A stretch of 51,483 bases of DNA from Nanobdellota archaeon (GTDB lineage: Archaea > Nanobdellota > Nanobdellia > Woesearchaeales > WJIZ01): NCBI GenBank assembly GCA_023140175.1, contig JAGLMD010000020.1, forward strand, positions 1 to 51,483. Direction: 5' to 3'. The translations under genes and the position numbers were made by a program. This document shows positions 50,522-51,483 of the stretch, one piece after another; within the stretch, counting starts at the first letter, position 1; each line of letters begins with the position of its first letter. The notes below the pieces were generated by a model. That model was not told where the DNA came from and searched no databases. It was given only the letters and a program-made list of their open reading frames with translations.

Positions 50522-51418
50522 ATGCAAACTATAGAAGTTACAGGCATGCAATATGCTCTTCCTACAGAAGAGATTGCTATCGATAACGATCCTCCCAACG
50601 ACGCATATTCTCTTATGGCAAAGATAATCACATCAAAAAGGCTTGGAAATCCACCTATGCTAATAGGGAGTAGCATTCAAATGGAGATACAATTAGACTC
50701 AAAAAAAAGAGAAAGAATGTTAAAAATTCATGAGGAATATCACAACGACCCTGAGAGGGTCAAAAAACTCATTGAGATGGGACCGCAGGAAAAAGATTAT
50801 GGCGATTTCTCAGATATAGTAGCTTTTTATGCTAATAATATTGATGAACCATTGGAGATTATCCTAAATGATTACGTTCCCAATAGGGTGGGTTTCGGGC
50901 TTGATAAGAACAAATATGTTATAACAAGAGGGAATCTTGGTAAGGACACAGTAGTGTGTAGCGAGGGAACAGTATATAGTGACGGCAATGTAGAAGAAAT
51001 AGGAAATTATTTCAGGGGGGTATGCTATATAAAAGGTAATCTGCAAAATATGATGTCAAACAACAAAGGTATTTTAATAGTGGCTGGAGAAATAAAAGAT
51101 ATTGATAAAGGCAAACAGGAGTTAGTACATATAGATACTCCATTTATATTCACCAAATCTGATCTCCCTGAAAAAGAAGGACTAGAACATATATCTGATC
51201 TTTATAGAAAGAAAGGAAAAGGTGCAGTAAAAGTAGACTCCTCAAAAATCGAAAACATAAAACCAGAAGAGCTTAGGGAAAAAGCAAGAGAATTAGTATT
51301 AGAAAGAATCGAGCAATTTAATGACATCTTCAAGATTCCTAAACAGATAAGATTAGCTGAATTTGATAATCCCTATGATATTTTAGAATATTTTTTCAGA
51401 AATGTGGGCTCGGACTAA
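50522..51418 (+). CDS. Hypothetical cytoplasmic protein
   Basis: 298-aa ORF with ordinary composition, no TM helix or signal peptide, and no motif I can recognise. Confidence 0.6.
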   Translation: MQTIEVTGMQYALPTEEIAIDNDPPNDAYSLMAKIITSKRLGNPPMLIGSSIQMEIQLDSKKRERMLKIHEEYHNDPERVKKLIEMGPQEKDYGDFSDIVAFYANNIDEPLEIILNDYVPNRVGFGLDKNKYVITRGNLGKDTVVCSEGTVYSDGNVEEIGNYFRGVCYIKGNLQNMMSNNKGILIVAGEIKDIDKGKQELVHIDTPFIFTKSDLPEKEGLEHISDLYRKKGKGAVKVDSSKIENIKPEELREKARELVLERIEQFNDIFKIPKQIRLAEFDNPYDILEYFFRNVGSD

Positions 51419-51483
51419 TTCAATACCCAATCCTATCCAGTATATCATGCGCATCAGTACTAGTAGCCTGACAATTTAAATTC

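Noticed and set aside
1-51483. Alternative genetic code or stop-codon reassignment
   Set aside because: All long ORFs, including the 5,266-codon one, read through with the standard code. They end at TAA/TAG/TGA next to plausible downstream starts. aRF1 has a normal NIKS motif. Nothing in the window requires recoding.

Overview
The window is strongly AT-rich and archaeal. Hallmark genes are aRF1 with NIKS and GGQ motifs, rpl37ae, rpoP, pcc1 and prefoldin beta. There are also BRE/TATA promoters, many placed for leaderless mRNAs, and a tRNA with two introns. By inference it resembles a small-genome DPANN-type episymbiont, but no taxon can be proven from this window.

**148-23211: envelope-protein block.** This is a same-strand block of N-glycosylation-sequon-saturated envelope proteins. 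It is dominated by one uninterrupted 15.8-kb ORF of 5,266 codons built from repeated beta-sandwich modules, including near-identical 294-bp modules and an ~880-bp segmental duplication. Four further signal-peptide surface proteins follow; three of them are anchored by a C-terminal TM helix plus a polybasic tail.

**23.2-30.5 kb: accessory region.** It holds a duplicated cassette of ArsR-like wHTH regulator, secreted protein with a WQGYYGNISG motif, and N-anchored beta-rich protein. The second copy ends in a decayed pseudogene. The region also carries a 103-nt perfect direct repeat, a recombination-like identity tract, and a recurring AT-rich palindromic module placed ~105-130 nt upstream of four promoters.

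**30.6-36.9 kb: best candidate for an undescribed system.** It is an overlapping operon of two ribbon-helix-helix proteins, a 1,189-aa PKD-containing bitopic envelope protein, and a HerA/FtsK-superfamily ATPase. The ATPase itself carries a signal anchor, an extracellular domain and a second TM helix.

**37-51.5 kb: mostly housekeeping.**
- Information processing: aRF1, tRNA-Pro, rpl37ae-rpoP-pcc1-pfdB.
- Envelope and membrane: a type IV pilin-like gene, signal peptidase and a SpoIIM-like protein.
- Sugar metabolism: a glycogen debranching enzyme and a PfkB kinase.
- Several conspicuous intergenic inverted repeats.

All family names come from motif recognition by eye. No searches were run.
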